Notes: generated from the letters alone by a model not told the origin. Shown: positions 25,136 to 38,120, numbered from the stretch's first letter. The stretch: DNA of 64,000 nucleotides from Octopus vulgaris (GCA_951406725.2 OX597824.1:40920001-40984000), one strand, 5' to 3'. Made by a program: numbers and translations.

Positions 25136-25793
25136 ACTTATCAAGGTTATCTCTACAGATTTTCTGTAGAAATTATAGCCAGCACTGATTTTGTTACATT
25201 TTATATCCGAGACACTTGATGTAAACCACAGTGAGATCAAAGATGAAAAATGGGTAATTACTATAGAAATTATAACCAGCATTAATTTTTTTATGAGGTT
25301 TCGTATCCGAGATGTCTGATGTAAACCATAATGAGATCGAAGATGGAAAATAGGAAATGGGCATATACATCTTTTTTCAGATGTTTTTGCTCCTTCATCA
25401 GTACCCATCCAACCCATTAATCATCCACAAACACATTGCTTATAGAGCCACTAAATACAGCGGTGTAACGAAATACAGTGTGCCCATGCAAGTCATTAAT
25501 ATTTACATACTCGCTTCCAGGAATGAGTTTAATATTTAAAATTTGTATATTCAATAATGTGACACCACTATATTTAGTGGCCATATATGCAGTGTGTTCA
25601 TGGATGTTTAATGGGTTGGATGGGTGCTGATGAAGGAACAAAAACTCTTGAAATATGGTATATGCACCCATTACCCATTTTTCATCTTTGATTTCACTGT
25701 TTGTATCAGGTACCTGGGATACGAAACATTGTAACAAAGTCAGTGCTGGCTATAATTTTTATTAAAAAATCTGTCGAGATAACCTTAAAAAGT
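25136..25793. mobile_element. Foldback insertion (~650 bp) with a hammerhead-like motif in each arm (Penelope-like)
   Basis: AAGGTTATCTC...AGATTTT / AAAATCT...GAGATAACCTT ends; UGGGUG-CUGAUGA-AGGA..UCUU-GAAA..CACCCA at 25621-25670(+) and mirror at about 25357-25407(-). Confidence 0.7.
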
Positions 25794-26234
25794 GATGTAA
25801 TATCACTGCTAACACAGTATTGACTTATAAAAGTGTTTAATACACTTTGTTGTATATTATGGTTGCATAACTAAACACTGTGTTCTTACAGGTCATTAAC
25901 ATTTATATGTGTGTGTGTGTGGTGTGTCAAGGATTACTACGCAGTGTTTAACCTCATCTTCTACTAAAATATGTACACTCATTAGTACTGAAGCCTTAAG
26001 GTCCAACATTATGGTTTTAGTTGCTATGCACATGTAACAGTGTACTTATTTTTGCTGTAAATAAACATTTAGACATGTGTGCATATGCATACAAAACACT
26101 TATGCACTCTTTCATACTTCCAGGTAAACACACTTATAAAACTGCCATGCACATTTGTATATTTTCTTGTTTCTCATGTACATTTTCTTGTTTCTCTTCA
26201 TATTAACTCTTGTTGTCTCTACCATCTTTCACAG

Positions 26235-26360
26235 GCGCCCAAAACTGAAGCTGTGGCTCTGTTGGGTGCGTTGATTTGCTTCCCCAATCATTTTGGTGAT
26301 CTACGGGTGTTGCAGCCCAAGACGTTGGTCTGTACACAGATAGCTGCTAATGAATTCAAG
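26235..26360 (+). CDS. RALGAPA1: Exon: APKTEAVALLGALICFPNHFGDLRVLQPKTLVCTQIAANEFK
   Basis: tcacag| and AAG|gtagtt; conserved LLGxLxCFPN. Confidence 0.95.
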
Positions 26361-26397
26361 GTAGTTATATATTATTATTATTATTATTATTATTATT

Positions 26398-26860
26398 AAA
26401 GCAGTGAGCTGGCAGAATCATTAACATGCTGGACAAAGTGCTTAGTGGCACTTCGTTTGTTTTTTATGTTCTGAGTTCAAATTTCACCAAGGTTGATTTT
26501 GCCTTTCATCTTTTCTGGGTTGATAAAATAGGTACCAGTTGATTTCTGGGGTTGATGTATTCGACTCATCCCCCTACCCCGAAATTGCTGGCCTTGTGCC
26601 AAAATTCAAAACCACTATTATTATTATTATTATTATTAAGGCAGTGAGCTGGCAGAATTGTTACCGTGCTGGACAAAATGCTTAGCGGTATTTCGTCTAT
26701 CTTTGTTCTGAGTTCAAATTCCGCTGAGTTCAACTTTATTGTTCATCCTTTCAGGGGCCAGCAAATTAAGTACCAGTGAAACACTAGGGTTGATGTAATC
26801 AACTAGTCCCTTCCTGCCAAATTTCAGGCCTTGTGCATTTAGTAGAAAGGATTATTATTA
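26398..26860 (+). mobile_element. Two tandem SINEs of the same family; other copies about 5944-6170, 15463-15720, 28180-28385, 29410-29610(-), 29862-30068, 51890-52450, 59410-59700(-), 62821-63040
   Basis: Same A/B-box head, central domain and (ATT)n tails. Confidence 0.88.
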
Positions 26861-28494
26861 TTATCATCACCATTATCTTCGTTGTCATCATCATTATTGT
26901 TATAATGGTGGATGACAGAATTAGTAGGGTGGTGGTTAGAATTTCCTGTGATATTCAATTAGATCTCGTCATATTCTAAGCTCAAATCCTGCTAAGGTCA
27001 GCTCTGCTGTTTATCTGTCTATTGTTGGTAACAGAGTACGCAGTCAAGTTCTGTAGTTGATAGAACCAGCTTCTGTTTTTATACCCGTTTGAAATCATTT
27101 TGAGAATTTTCTTTTCTATAAAGAGTTGGAAAATTAGCAAAGAGTTAAACTAAAATACCTTGTAGTATTGGGATATATTGTTGGTTTTATCCTTTAGCAT
27201 TTAAACCAGCCATATCTGGCCCAAATATACTTCCTGTTTTATGTTCAAACTGGCCATATCTAGCCCCTCACACCTACCCTAAATGTCATTCTAAAACTAG
27301 GCAATGACATCATTGAAATCTCAAAGCTATGAGACAATACATGATTAATTCAAAACAGTTTGAATAAATAAGCTTTAGATTTGGCAGAGTAATTTGAATG
27401 CTAAATGGTTAAAATGCACCTGGCTTGACATTATTTTAATGATCTTAGTGAGATGAAAGGCAAAGTTCAACTTTGAACATTGTTAATCTATCTCTGTAAA
27501 ATTTCTGTAAGAAATTATTCCTGTTATTGTTTCAAAAATGTGATGGAGTTTTAGAAAATTAGAGCAATGTTCTAAATGTTTAGTTTTGTCTAAGATTTCT
27601 ATTAAAGTCTTAGAGCATGTATTTTTTTCCCTCTACACTTTCAGCTCAAATTCTGTTGAGCTTGATAAAAGCAAAATAAGTACTCTGTAATGTCAGTTAA
27701 AACGACTGTACTACTTACTCCAAAATTCTGTGTCAACATAAAGACATTGTTAATGTTGTTATTGATGATGGTGTGATGGTAGAGCAGTTGGCTCAGACAG
27801 AAATGCCCAAGAGTATGGATTTGGTGCATCAGTGCCTTTGCTAAAGCCAACCTTGATATTCATTCTACTGCCATTGATAATTCAGTAATAGTCCACACTG
27901 TAAAGTGGTTGGTGTTTGGAAGGACATCCAGTTGTAAAAACCATGTGAAAACTGACCTTGCTTGTGCTGATACCACATAAAAAACACTCAGTCCATTCTG
28001 CTTGGTGGTTGGTATTAGGAAGGGCATCCAGCTTGTGAAAACCATGCCAAAATAGACACAGAAGTCTGGTACAGTCTTCTGCCTGACTAGTTTCTGTCAA
28101 ACCATCCAACCCATGCCAGCGTGGAAGGTGGACTTTAAATGATGATGAGGATAATGAACAATATACTTATGGTAAGTTAAGGTGGTGAACTGGCAGAATC
28201 ATTAGTATGCTGGGTGAAATGCTTAGCGGTATTTCATGGTCTTAAGTTCAAATTACACCGAGATCGATTTTACTTTTCATCCTTTTAAGGCTGATAAAAT
28301 AAATACCAGTTGAAGACTGGGACTGATGTAAATGACTTACCCCCTTCCCCTAGATTGCTGGCCTTGTGCCAAAATTTAAAATCAATAATGGTAAGTTTAT
28401 GTACTATTATCAACTTAACTGTTATTAACAATAATATTTATCATAAATGACTCTGATTTTTTAAAAATTGGTTTTTGTCTTTGTTACCTTACAG

Positions 28495-28553
28495 GATCTT
28501 ATAGTTGACCAGCTATTGAAGGCAGGAAAACTAGACTCAGTAAGCTCAGCAAG
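28495..28553 (+). CDS. RALGAPA1: Exon (59 nt, phase 0-2): DLIVDQLLKAGKLDSVSSA(R)
   Basis: ttacag| and AG|gtaaga; needed for phase continuity. Confidence 0.9.
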
Positions 28554-28683
28554 GTAAGATTCATTGTTACCACTATTACCAATATTTATCTTCCTGTTTA
28601 TTTTAGTCTTTTACTCATTTGGATCGAGAAAATCATGCGAATCCAAACAATGCATTCACTGAATTTGTAAGCTGATGTGGTTA

Positions 28684-29255
28684 TAGGTGCAGGCGTGGCT
28701 GTGTGGTAAGAATTTTGCTTCCCAACCATATGGTTCTGGGGTTAGTTCCACCTCAGTAATGTGGCACCTCAGTACAGTGTCTTCTACTATGGCTCCAAGC
28801 TAACCAAAGCCTTGTCTGTTGATTTGGTAGACAGAAACTGAAAGAAGCCTGTCGTGTATATGTGTTTATCCATCCAATTGTCTGTCCCACTACCACTTGA
28901 CAACTAGTGTTGGTTTGTTTACATTCCCGTAGCCTAGTGGTTCAACAAAAAGAGCCCAATAGAATAAGTACCAGGTTTAGAAAAAAAAAATACTCAATTG
29001 TAGAGTCATCTGTGCTGGTGACACGTAAAAGGCACCCGCTACACTCTTTGAGTGGTTGGCATTAGGAAGGGCAGTCAGCTGTAGAAACCAATCCAGAATA
29101 AGACTGGAACCTTGTACAACTCTCTGGTTTACCCGTTCCAGTTCAATCGTCTAACCCCTGCCACCATGGAAAGCAGATGAAGAAATGACGATGATGTCTA
29201 AGCTCTTCAAGGCAAGTGCCCCAGCATAGCTGCAGTCAAAGGATTGAGACAAAAG
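28684..29255 (+). mobile_element. tRNA-derived SINE with internal (TA)/(TG)n; copies about 33820-34180, 42990-43520(-), 46040-46195(-), 49520-49680(-), 49775-50085, 61920-62135(-)
   Basis: GTGGCTGTGTGGTAAG..GTGTCTTCTACTAT..GGATTTGGTAGACGGAAACTGAAAGAAGCC..ATAGAATAAGTAC. Confidence 0.8.
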
Positions 29256-30684
29256 AAGTTGCTCATGAAGAAACTGTTGCTGTCCAGACCCTATACTTCA
29301 CATACTATACATTTTATCCAATTGTTCTTCACAAGAAGAGAAATCTGGGCATATCCATGTACTATGACAATAGCATAACAACAACAATAATATTAGTTTC
29401 AAATGTTGGTATATAAGGCCAGCAGTTTTGGGGAGGGTGGTAAGTCAAGTACATTAATCCCTGTTGTCAACTGGTACTTATTTTATTGACCCTTAAATGA
29501 TGTAAGGCAAAGTTGATCTCAGTGGAATTTGAACTTAGAATATGAAAATGGACAAAATGGTGCTAAGCATTTTGCCTTGTGAGCTAATGATACTGACTTC
29601 TTACTGCCTTAACAACAACAATAATACTACCCCTTTACCATTCAAGCTGGCCTTATCTGGCCCAAATATTCTATCCAGTTTTTTTGTTCAAACTGGCCAT
29701 GTCCAGCCTCTCATACCTACTTTACATTATCATTCTAAGAGTAAACAATCATTTCTTTGAAATCTCAAAGCCACAAGATAATGCATGATTACTTCAAAAC
29801 AATGTGAAGAAGTAAGTCTTACGTTTGATCGAATAATCTGAATGCTAAAGGGTTAAATCAAAGATGGTGAGTTGGCAGAGTCATTAGTACACCAGGGCAG
29901 ATGCTTGTGGCGTTTTGCCCGTTTTTACACTGTGAGTTCAAATTCCGTTGAGGTCAGCTTTGCCTTCCTTTTAGAGTTGATAAAATAAGTTGAGCACTGA
30001 AGTAAATGTAATTGACTTACACCCTTCTCCCCAAATTGCTGGCTTTGTACCAAAATTTGAAACCAATATTAATGAAATCAAGCAGACAATTTCACATTTT
30101 ATGAAAAGCTTGCATCACCTAATTGTTTTTGTTATTGTTGTCACCAATTTTAAGGATCCAGTAGTTGTTTAGCTCTTGGTTAGCTCTAAATGAGTAGACT
30201 CTCTCATCTAGGGTGTTCAAGCAGTGATCATGCTGTCTTTTTCTAGCAGTGTTTGTTTATGACCACATTATCCATTTATGATGGTTGGGTAGGTTGAGAC
30301 AAATTTAGCTGCTATTTCTAGCGGATTGAGTAACTGCTTAGCCCTTCCATTGTTGTTTGAAGAGATATTGAAACTTTTGTTATATTATGGAGTAGAGTAG
30401 AATATTTACAATAATATTTAATAGCTGCAATTTTTATGGGAAGTTTGAGTTACATTTACAGTTGGTTAGTCATTTTTATTTGGCATCATGAAGTTGTGTA
30501 GAAACAGTTTTGAAATGTCAAAGTTTTTGATATGAGATGAAGTGTATTGTCCAGATGGTTGTGGTTGTGGTGGTGGTTGATAGTTTTAATGGAGTTACTG
30601 ATGTTTAGTTTAGAATTATTTCCAGTAATATTGAGTATTGAAAATACTAACACCTTTCTAATGTTTGGCTTATTTCATTTCCAG

Positions 30685-30793
30685 GTGTATAGCTTTGAGC
30701 AGTTTAGGTATTTTCCTGTATGAAGAATTGGTACATGGTACACTACATCCAAAAATTAAAGAAGCTATTAATGTATTGCTTGGTGCTCTGAAG
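30685..30793 (+). CDS. RALGAPA1: Exon (phase 2-0): [36 protein letters not shown]
   Basis: ttccag| and AAG|gttggt; conserved motif. Confidence 0.95.
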
Positions 30794-31509
30794 GTTGGTT
30801 TTTTCCCTTTCTTTTTTCTCGTTTTTATTTTCTTAGTTCTGTATACATCATTGTCATAATCATTTAATGTCCATGCTGGCATGGGTTGGATGGTTTGACA
30901 GGGCTGCACCAGGATCCAGTCTGATTTGGCATGGTTTTCTACGGCTATATGCCCTTCCTAACACCAACCACTCTGAGAGTGTAATGGGTGCCATTTGCAT
31001 GACAGGTGCTATTTGTGTGACACAGGTATCTGCCATGACTGCAATCTTGCTTGGCTTGATGGGTCTTCTTCTCAAGCATGACATGATGCCAAAGGTCTTG
31101 GTTATTGCCTCCATGAGGCCCAAAACTTGAAACACTGTAAAATTTTTTTTGTTTCCATATAGTTTATTCCTGCAATTAATCTAGTGGATCAATCATTGTT
31201 GTAGCCTATGCTGGTATCACATAACTGGCACCCATGCTGGTGGCACATAAAAAGCACCCTTCAGACATAGAGCCTCATGGAGGCAATGATACCTTTGATG
31301 AGACCTTTGATGATATGCTGTGCTTGAGAAAACCTGTCAAGCCAAGTGATATTTCTAATACATTATCCACTCAATCATTTCATTTGAGTGTTTCTTTGAA
31401 GGAAGGGGGAGAGTGAGAGGGGGAAGGAAAATAAGAGGGAGAGAGGGAGGGGAAAGAGAGAGAGAGGTGTTATCAATGTTAGTATGATTGTAAAAGAGAA
31501 ATATCACTG

Positions 31510-31559
<50 letters not shown>

Positions 31560-31564
31560 GTGTG

Positions 31565-31966
31565 TGTGTAAACATAAATGCAAAATAAGAGTGGATTATT
31601 TATAGTTGTTTGAGTAGAAATATCCGTGCTTTAAAACAAACCAAAATTGTATCTATTCCAAGCTAATCCATCTTCAGTTAACACAGCTGAAACTATCTCA
31701 GTCTCAAATTTAGCCAATCCATTTGAAGCCCCCCATAACTGGCCTTTCCAGTTATAGTTTCAACACCAAAGCAAATATCACTGGAAAGGCCAGTTATAGG
31801 GGCCTCAAATGGATTGACTAAATTTGAGACTGAGAGAATTTCAGCTGTGTTAATTGAAGATGGATTAGCTTGGAATAGATACAATTTTGGTTTGTGTTAA
31901 AGCACAGATATTTCTACTCAAACAACTATAAATAATTCACTCTTATTTTGCATTTATGTTTGCACA
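31565..31966. repeat. Near-perfect ~400-bp palindrome (arms ~195 bp, loop ~12 nt)
   Basis: Arms read as reverse complements with only scattered mismatches; centre about 31761-31772. Confidence 0.92.
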
Positions 31967-32413
31967 AAAATAATTCAACCCTTTAGCATTCACATTAATC
32001 TGTCAAAAGCAATGCTCATTTATTCACATTGTTTTGAATTAATCACGCATTATCTCAAAGCTTTGAAATTCTGATGATGTAACTTTTAGTGTAGGGTTGT
32101 TGTGAGAGGCCAGATCTGGTCAGTTTAAATACAAAACAGGTAGAATATTTTAGCCAGATATGGCTAGTTTAAATGCTAAAGTGTTAATTGAATCCTGTGC
32201 CTTGTAGTCTGGTGGTCACTAAGAAATGTGAGAGCTATGATCAGTGAGTTCTTTTAGTAAGGTGAGGGTTGGCAATGAGTTTAGTGAGAAGTTTAGAATA
32301 CCAGCCTTCTTTGTAATTCATTATGAAACAAATACAGTTCACTGTTCTTTTCTTTTTTTTTTCCTTTTTAAGAGTATATAATTAACTGTAAAATGTTTAT
32401 TGTTCTTTGATAG

Positions 32414-32524
32414 TGTTCTACTAAAATGGTGGCCAAGGTGGCATCAGATATGTTGATGTTGCTCTGTGATCATGTTGACACGTTTCTCAGCTATCTGCCG
32501 GATTTACCAAAGAAGATCATTGAA
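32414..32524 (+). CDS. RALGAPA1: Exon: CSTKMVAKVASDMLMLLCDHVDTFLSYLPDLPKKIIE
   Basis: tgatag| and GAA|gtaagt. Confidence 0.92.
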
Positions 32525-33697
32525 GTAAGTCTCTCTATTGGTTTTATAGTACTTCTTGTCTCTGCTCTTCAATCTGGGTTTCCACAGCTTTTAATTTTCC
32601 TGTTTCTCTGTCCACTTATCTCCCTGTTTCTCTTCCCCCTTATCTCTGTTTCTCTGCCCCCTTTTCTCTCTGTTTCTCTGCTCCAAATCCTCAGGTCTCT
32701 ATACCCCTAATCATTAATTCTCCATCTTTCTCTGTCTGGTTGTTTCTCCATCTGTTCTCTAATATTTCCCTCTCTCTGTCTCTCCTTCGCCATCTCTCTC
32801 TCCCTTAATCTCCTCTTTCTCTCTTTGTCTTTCTCCGTTTCCACTAATCTCCTCTCTATCTGTTTCTTGCTACTAATCTCCTTGTCTCTTGCCTTCTTTC
32901 TCTTTCCCCTCACTTCTTTCATTCTCTATCCCCTCATCTCTTTCTCTCTTTCTCCACATACCTGCATATGATGTTAAAAATCATTATTGGCACCACTTAC
33001 AATTAGGCAGGCTGACAACTATATTATTGCTCTGTCTTAGTTTAAATTCATCTCAGATTGACTTGACTTTTCATCTTACTAAATCAATAATTTTATTATT
33101 ACTTAAATACCTGGAGATAAACGTTTGATCTTGTGCCAAAATTAGAAATATTTATTATTGCTTAGTTTTGTTTTATCTTTGTGGTTTGAAGTCCTTTTGT
33201 TCTGAGCTTAAATTTTACCAGAGTTGATTTATTTAAAACTGAAACCAAGCAAGAACCTGTTGTATAACAGATATTATTTACACAATATTTGCCCACTCTC
33301 CTCTGCAAAACTGACTTTTGCTTGCTTGAGGGTGGAAGCATGTTTGTGCAGTTAAAAAGTTTGTTTTGCACCATGTGGTTGCAAGCATTTTGGGGAAATA
33401 TCTTTTTTCATAGCTTTATGATAGTAATTTGGTTGACATCTAAAAAATACATGCTACCAAGTAATTCTCATTTGTGTGATGGCCTTTGTGTGTGTGTATG
33501 TTTTATTGTTATATATTGGAAAAATGTATACAAGCAAGAAAGCCAAGTAACCACTGCTCTTTTGCTCTTGCCTCCAGAAGAACCTTGAATAGATGATTGA
33601 GCTGCTGGAAACCTGCAGTCAACAATGCAGTTGTTTATAAATTGTTGTATAAAATAGATTTTATAAATTAATACATATATTTTTTTATCTTTTTCAG

Positions 33698-33766
33698 GCA
33701 ATTGCCTTAACTGTTACAGAGATCATGCCAAGTCCGGATCAACCATGCAATGAAGACCAAAAGCGG
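33698..33766 (+). CDS. RALGAPA1: Exon: AIALTVTEIMPSPDQPCNEDQKR
   Basis: ttttcag| and CGG|gtaaaa; phase 0-0. Confidence 0.9.
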
Positions 33767-34799
33767 GTAAAATACATTCCATGAAATTTCTCATATGTTA
33801 ACATAAATTTCTCATTCATATAGGCTTAGGCTTGGCTGCATGGTTAAGAATCTCATTTTTGCAACTATGTGATTTCTGGTTCAGTTCTACTCTCCAGCAT
33901 CTTGGCCAAATGTCTTCTACTATGGTCCTGGGCTGACCAATGGCTTATGAGTGAATTTGGTTGATTTGAAACTGTGGAAACCAGTTGTATGTCGTGTGTG
34001 TGTGTGCCCCCCGTTGCTGTTTTTACGTCTCGGTAAACGAGTTGCTTGGTAAAAGACACCGATAGAATAAGTACCAGACTTAACAAAATAAGTTACTGGG
34101 GTCAGTTTGTTTGACTAGACCTGTCAAAGCGGTGCCCCAGCTTAGCTGTAATTTAACATGTCAAGACTGAAGATAAAATCAGAATTATCTCCCTTAGTTA
34201 AAAAATTTGGGAAGAATTATCTCCCCTTTTAGCTTGCGCGCGTATGAGGAGTTATTCCCCCTAGCTATTAGCTTTCCAAATTTATCGTTTTGACATTGAT
34301 TTCCTTTTGTTAAGATGACTGAATTTCCGTTTTTATTTTTAATTCGTCCTTTTCACATATTTACATTGATTGTTTAAAAAAAAAAAAGATTTGAAATTAA
34401 ACTTTCTGCTCTAGGAATTCTGAATGCATATTGCCGGATCTATTGCACATACAAATCCGTGTTTGCTAATGACAAAAGAAAAAAATAATGTGGGGTGGGC
34501 AGACAAAACATTTGTATAGCATTCCTGGTCCACCGTTCCATTCCATTCCCTCAAGCGTTCATCATCTTTATCTTTTAACATCCTCTTTTCCATGCTCGCA
34601 TGGGTTGGACAGTTTGACAGGAACAGGCAAATTAGAGGGCTGTGCTGGGCTCTGTGTCTGCTTTGGCATGGATTCAACGGCTGGATGTCCTTCCTAGCAC
34701 CAACCATATAACAAAGTGTACTGGGTGCATTTTACGTGGCACTAGTGATATCACCAAGTACCTGCAAGATGAGGTACCTTAACTGAGTGTGGTACAGAC

Positions 34800-34985
34800 C
34801 AGTGCTCCACACCTGGTGTTCTGCAGCACACTGGTGTGCCATGAGACGGTGCCAGGTGTGTTGCAGTGTAACCTGAATATAATTTTTTCCCTTATATTCT
34901 TAGTTATATTTTTAATTCAGGTGTGCTGCTGAATTTTGAAAAGAATATAAGTATACCGCAAGTGGAAAAAGGTTGTGGAGCACTA
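34800..34985. mobile_element. hAT (Charlie-like) MITE
   Basis: TIR CAGTGCTCCACA / TGTGGAGCACTA; imperfect 8-bp TSD GTACAGAC/GTATAAAC. Confidence 0.65.
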
Positions 34986-35349
34986 GTATAAACTGCAGGG
35001 ATGAGAAACTATGAAAGGACAGGAACAGGTGACTTGCTGAAGAGGTGACTACATGGTTTGCTCACCTGGAGGGGGTGGGGAGAGTGAGTGTGTTAGGTTC
35101 AAGTACAATATGAATATAAGACAGAATAGGATAGAAGATTAGAAAAAGTGGATGTGTAGGTAAGTGCACTGACTGAAAATAGTGTGACAGATAATTAGAG
35201 GTAGGGAACAAATTGGACACTGTGGATATCAGTTCAGTGAATGGAGAAGTGAAGAAAATATGGTAACATAGAAGAGTGATAAAAGAGTGAGTGTTAGAAG
35301 ATGAGCTGTAGTGGTAGGAGGAGGTTTGACTGAACCTCAATTCTACTGA

Positions 35350-35890
35350 GATGGACAGGTCTTCTCAAGCATAGAATATCACCATTTATCTTGGTCCCTC
35401 ATCATCTACTCTGAGAGGCTCATTTTCTTGAGGTCACTCTTCACCACATCATCCCTTGTTTTCTAGGTCTTCCTCTTTTACAAGTTCCTTCCATGTGTAA
35501 TGATTGGCATTTCTTCATAATGATGGCCTCATCCATCACAATCACATAACCATACAAGCATAGTCTTCTCTCCTGCACACCATATCTGATGTTTCTTATG
35601 CTTGATTTTTCTCTCAGTACATTTCTACTTTGTCGTACATGAACACTGACATTGCAAATCTATTGGTGCATGCCAGTTTCATTTCTTTCCAGTCTTCACA
35701 TATCCTCTGCATTCACAGCCTAAGTTTTACAACCATGTAGCATTGCTCTTTGTACACAGGCATTGTACAGTCTGCCTTTCATTCTGAGATAGAAGCCTTT
35801 TATTACCAACAGAGGTAAAGGTTCTCTGAATTTTCTCCATCCGGTTTTTATTCCAGCAACTATACTTTCAGAGCATCCTCCTCCACTGTC
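35350..35890 (-). mobile_element. RTE-clade LINE fragment
   Basis: Reverse complement resembles the 23300-23610 fragment and extends further 5'. Confidence 0.65.
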
Positions 35891-36101
35891 TGATCAGTTT
35901 CTTATCCCTGCAGTCTATACCAGTGCTTTGCAACCTTTTTTTACTTTCGGTATACTTATATTCTTTACAAAATTTGGATAACAGAAACTATCTACTACTT
36001 CTAGGGAGCCTTCCGGATATTTCAGAATATCTATTTTCTCTGTGCTCTTTTCATTTAAATATATAAATATGTACAGTATAATCCTCTATCATTGTTTGCA
36101 G

Positions 36102-36212
36102 TTACTGGAGTCTATGTTGTTCACAACTGTTGAGTGGTGTATGCAGATGCCAATGCATCTTCTGTTGGAACCAACTGAAAATGAGAAACCTTTACTTCAT
36201 AAAGTATTTCAA
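36102..36212 (+). CDS. RALGAPA1: Exon: LLESMLFTTVEWCMQMPMHLLLEPTENEKPLLHKVFQ
   Basis: ttgcag| and CAA|gtaagt. Confidence 0.93.
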
Positions 36213-36936
36213 GTAAGTATTTCCTGTACATATGTGTGTATGCTTGTTTGAATTTGTATACAGACTTGTGTGTGTGTGAGTGTTAATATGCATGTTTGCG
36301 TAAGTGTGTGTATGTCAGTGTTATTTAGGGTGAGATCAGCTCTGATCAATTATATTTATTGTTATTAGAAGCATTACAACAATTCCTCACCTGTGTTTAT
36401 TTAAAAATTTTGTTCATCCCTTTAGCATTCAGATTATTCTGTCAAATGTAATGCTTATTTATTCACATTGTTTTGAATTGATCATGTATTATCTCATAGT
36501 ATTGAGATTTCAATGGACAGATCTAGACTCTCACATCTACACTTCAAAGTCATTCTAAAAATAAGCAATCACATCATCAAAATCTCAAAGCAACATGTTA
36601 ATACATGATAAATTTAAAACAATATGAATAAATAATCATTACTTTGGATAGAGTAATCTGAACGCTAACAGGTTAAAGTATTTTTGAAGCATATTTTAGT
36701 ATATGAAATAATGCTTAGTTGAAAGTTTGCTACATGAATGTTAACATTGTATGTAATATGGATGTAGGTATGTGCTTGTGTATATGTTTGCACTCTGTTG
36801 TTTTGTACTGTCATTTGTGTTTTGTAATGTGTAATTAAGTAGTCATGTTAGAAAGCTGACTTAACCTTGACTAAAATCAATTTGTTGCTTTAATTTAAGT
36901 TTTGTTGCTTTCCTTCTCTTTCTGTGCCTCTCAAAG

Positions 36937-37179
36937 GTTCTGAATGCTGCTGTTACGGGACAGACGACGGCATCACTTTCAAGAGGTAGCCACTCATTCT
37001 CTGACTTTGTCTCAGAAATGGACATGGACAGAGAGGCACTACTAGGCAGCACGAGTGGCTCGAAACTGTTTCCTGCAGAATCAGTTGAGAACACAAATGT
37101 TGAAAACCCAAAAGGCCTTTGCCCATTTGAAGCACCAGTAAAGCAAGAAACGGATATTCTTAAACTAGCAGCTAAAACG
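36937..37179 (+). CDS. RALGAPA1: Exon: VLNAAVTGQTTASLSRGSHSFSDF...ILKLAAKT
   Basis: pyrimidine tract + aaag| and ACG|gtaagt; 243 nt. Confidence 0.92.
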
Positions 37180-37235
37180 GTAAGTAAAATAGTTGAAACT
37201 GGAGAATATTTTTATAGACACATTTGATTTGTGTT

Positions 37236-38120
37236 AATCCATCTATTTATCTTTTCCACCTACTATATTCTTGGGAGGGTTGTTGGGGTAGAGTCCTCAG
37301 GTATCCCCTCCATAGGGTTCTATCAGAAGCAACCATCATCTGATTTTCCTGCTGGAATCCCAAGCACAACCAAGATTATGGATATTGTTCAACCATCACA
37401 TTCTTGGTATATTCCTAGGTCTCCTGCCAGTTGGCTTAGCTTTAAGAACTTGTCTTGCAATTCTTTCCTGTGACATTCTAATCACATGTCTGTAGTATCA
37501 GAGCTGTGGAGGCCTGTGGCTTAGTGGTTAGGGTGCTGGACTCAAGATTGGCAGATTGTAGTTTTGATTCATGGACCAGGTGATGCAATGAGTTCTTAAG
37601 CAAAACACTTCATTTCACGTTGCTCCAGTCCACTCAGCTGGCAAAAATGAATAATCCTGCGATGGACTGGCATCCTGTCCAGGTAGGAAATATATACGCC
37701 ATGAAGCTAGGAAATTGGATCTTAAGAGTTGATATGACTTGAGAAGGTAATTTTACTTTACTTTTTAGTATCATAGCTGTGCTGTCAATGTGGAGAAGTA
37801 GCAGCTTGACTTAGGCAGACTCTTTGATATCTGAGCTATGCACCCTGCCAAGTAATGTTACTCAAGTGACCCTTGGGAGGAGCCCCCTTATGGTTGCTTG
37901 TATTTATGATGGTACTCTTTTGATCATTACCCAACATACATGGCCATAGGTGAGAATAGACATGAAAGTTGAATTGGAGATAGCGAGTTTGGCTTTCTTA
38001 TGAACCTCTCCACTTTTGGGGATCATTTACTGGTTCTGTCGCATTACTGTGCCAGCACCTCCAGTTCTAGCCTCTATTTCAGTCTTCTGTCTCTCATCAC
38101 TTGTGAAAATGGCCTTGAGA
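37236..38120 (-). mobile_element. RTE-like LINE 3' end with (GGAT)n tail; second copy 40347-40570
   Basis: 37236-37460 and 40347-40570 are clearly homologous; minus strand gives HV.RM..RIARQVL.AKPTGRRPR. Confidence 0.65.
37509..37765 (+). mobile_element. tRNA-derived SINE (Meta/V-domain-like) inserted in a LINE fragment, 16-bp TSD
   Basis: TAGTATCA(G/T)AGCTGTG at 37493-37508 and 37766-37781; GGCTTAGTGGTTAGG head; related partial copies about 740-900(-) and 61010-61130. Confidence 0.78.
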
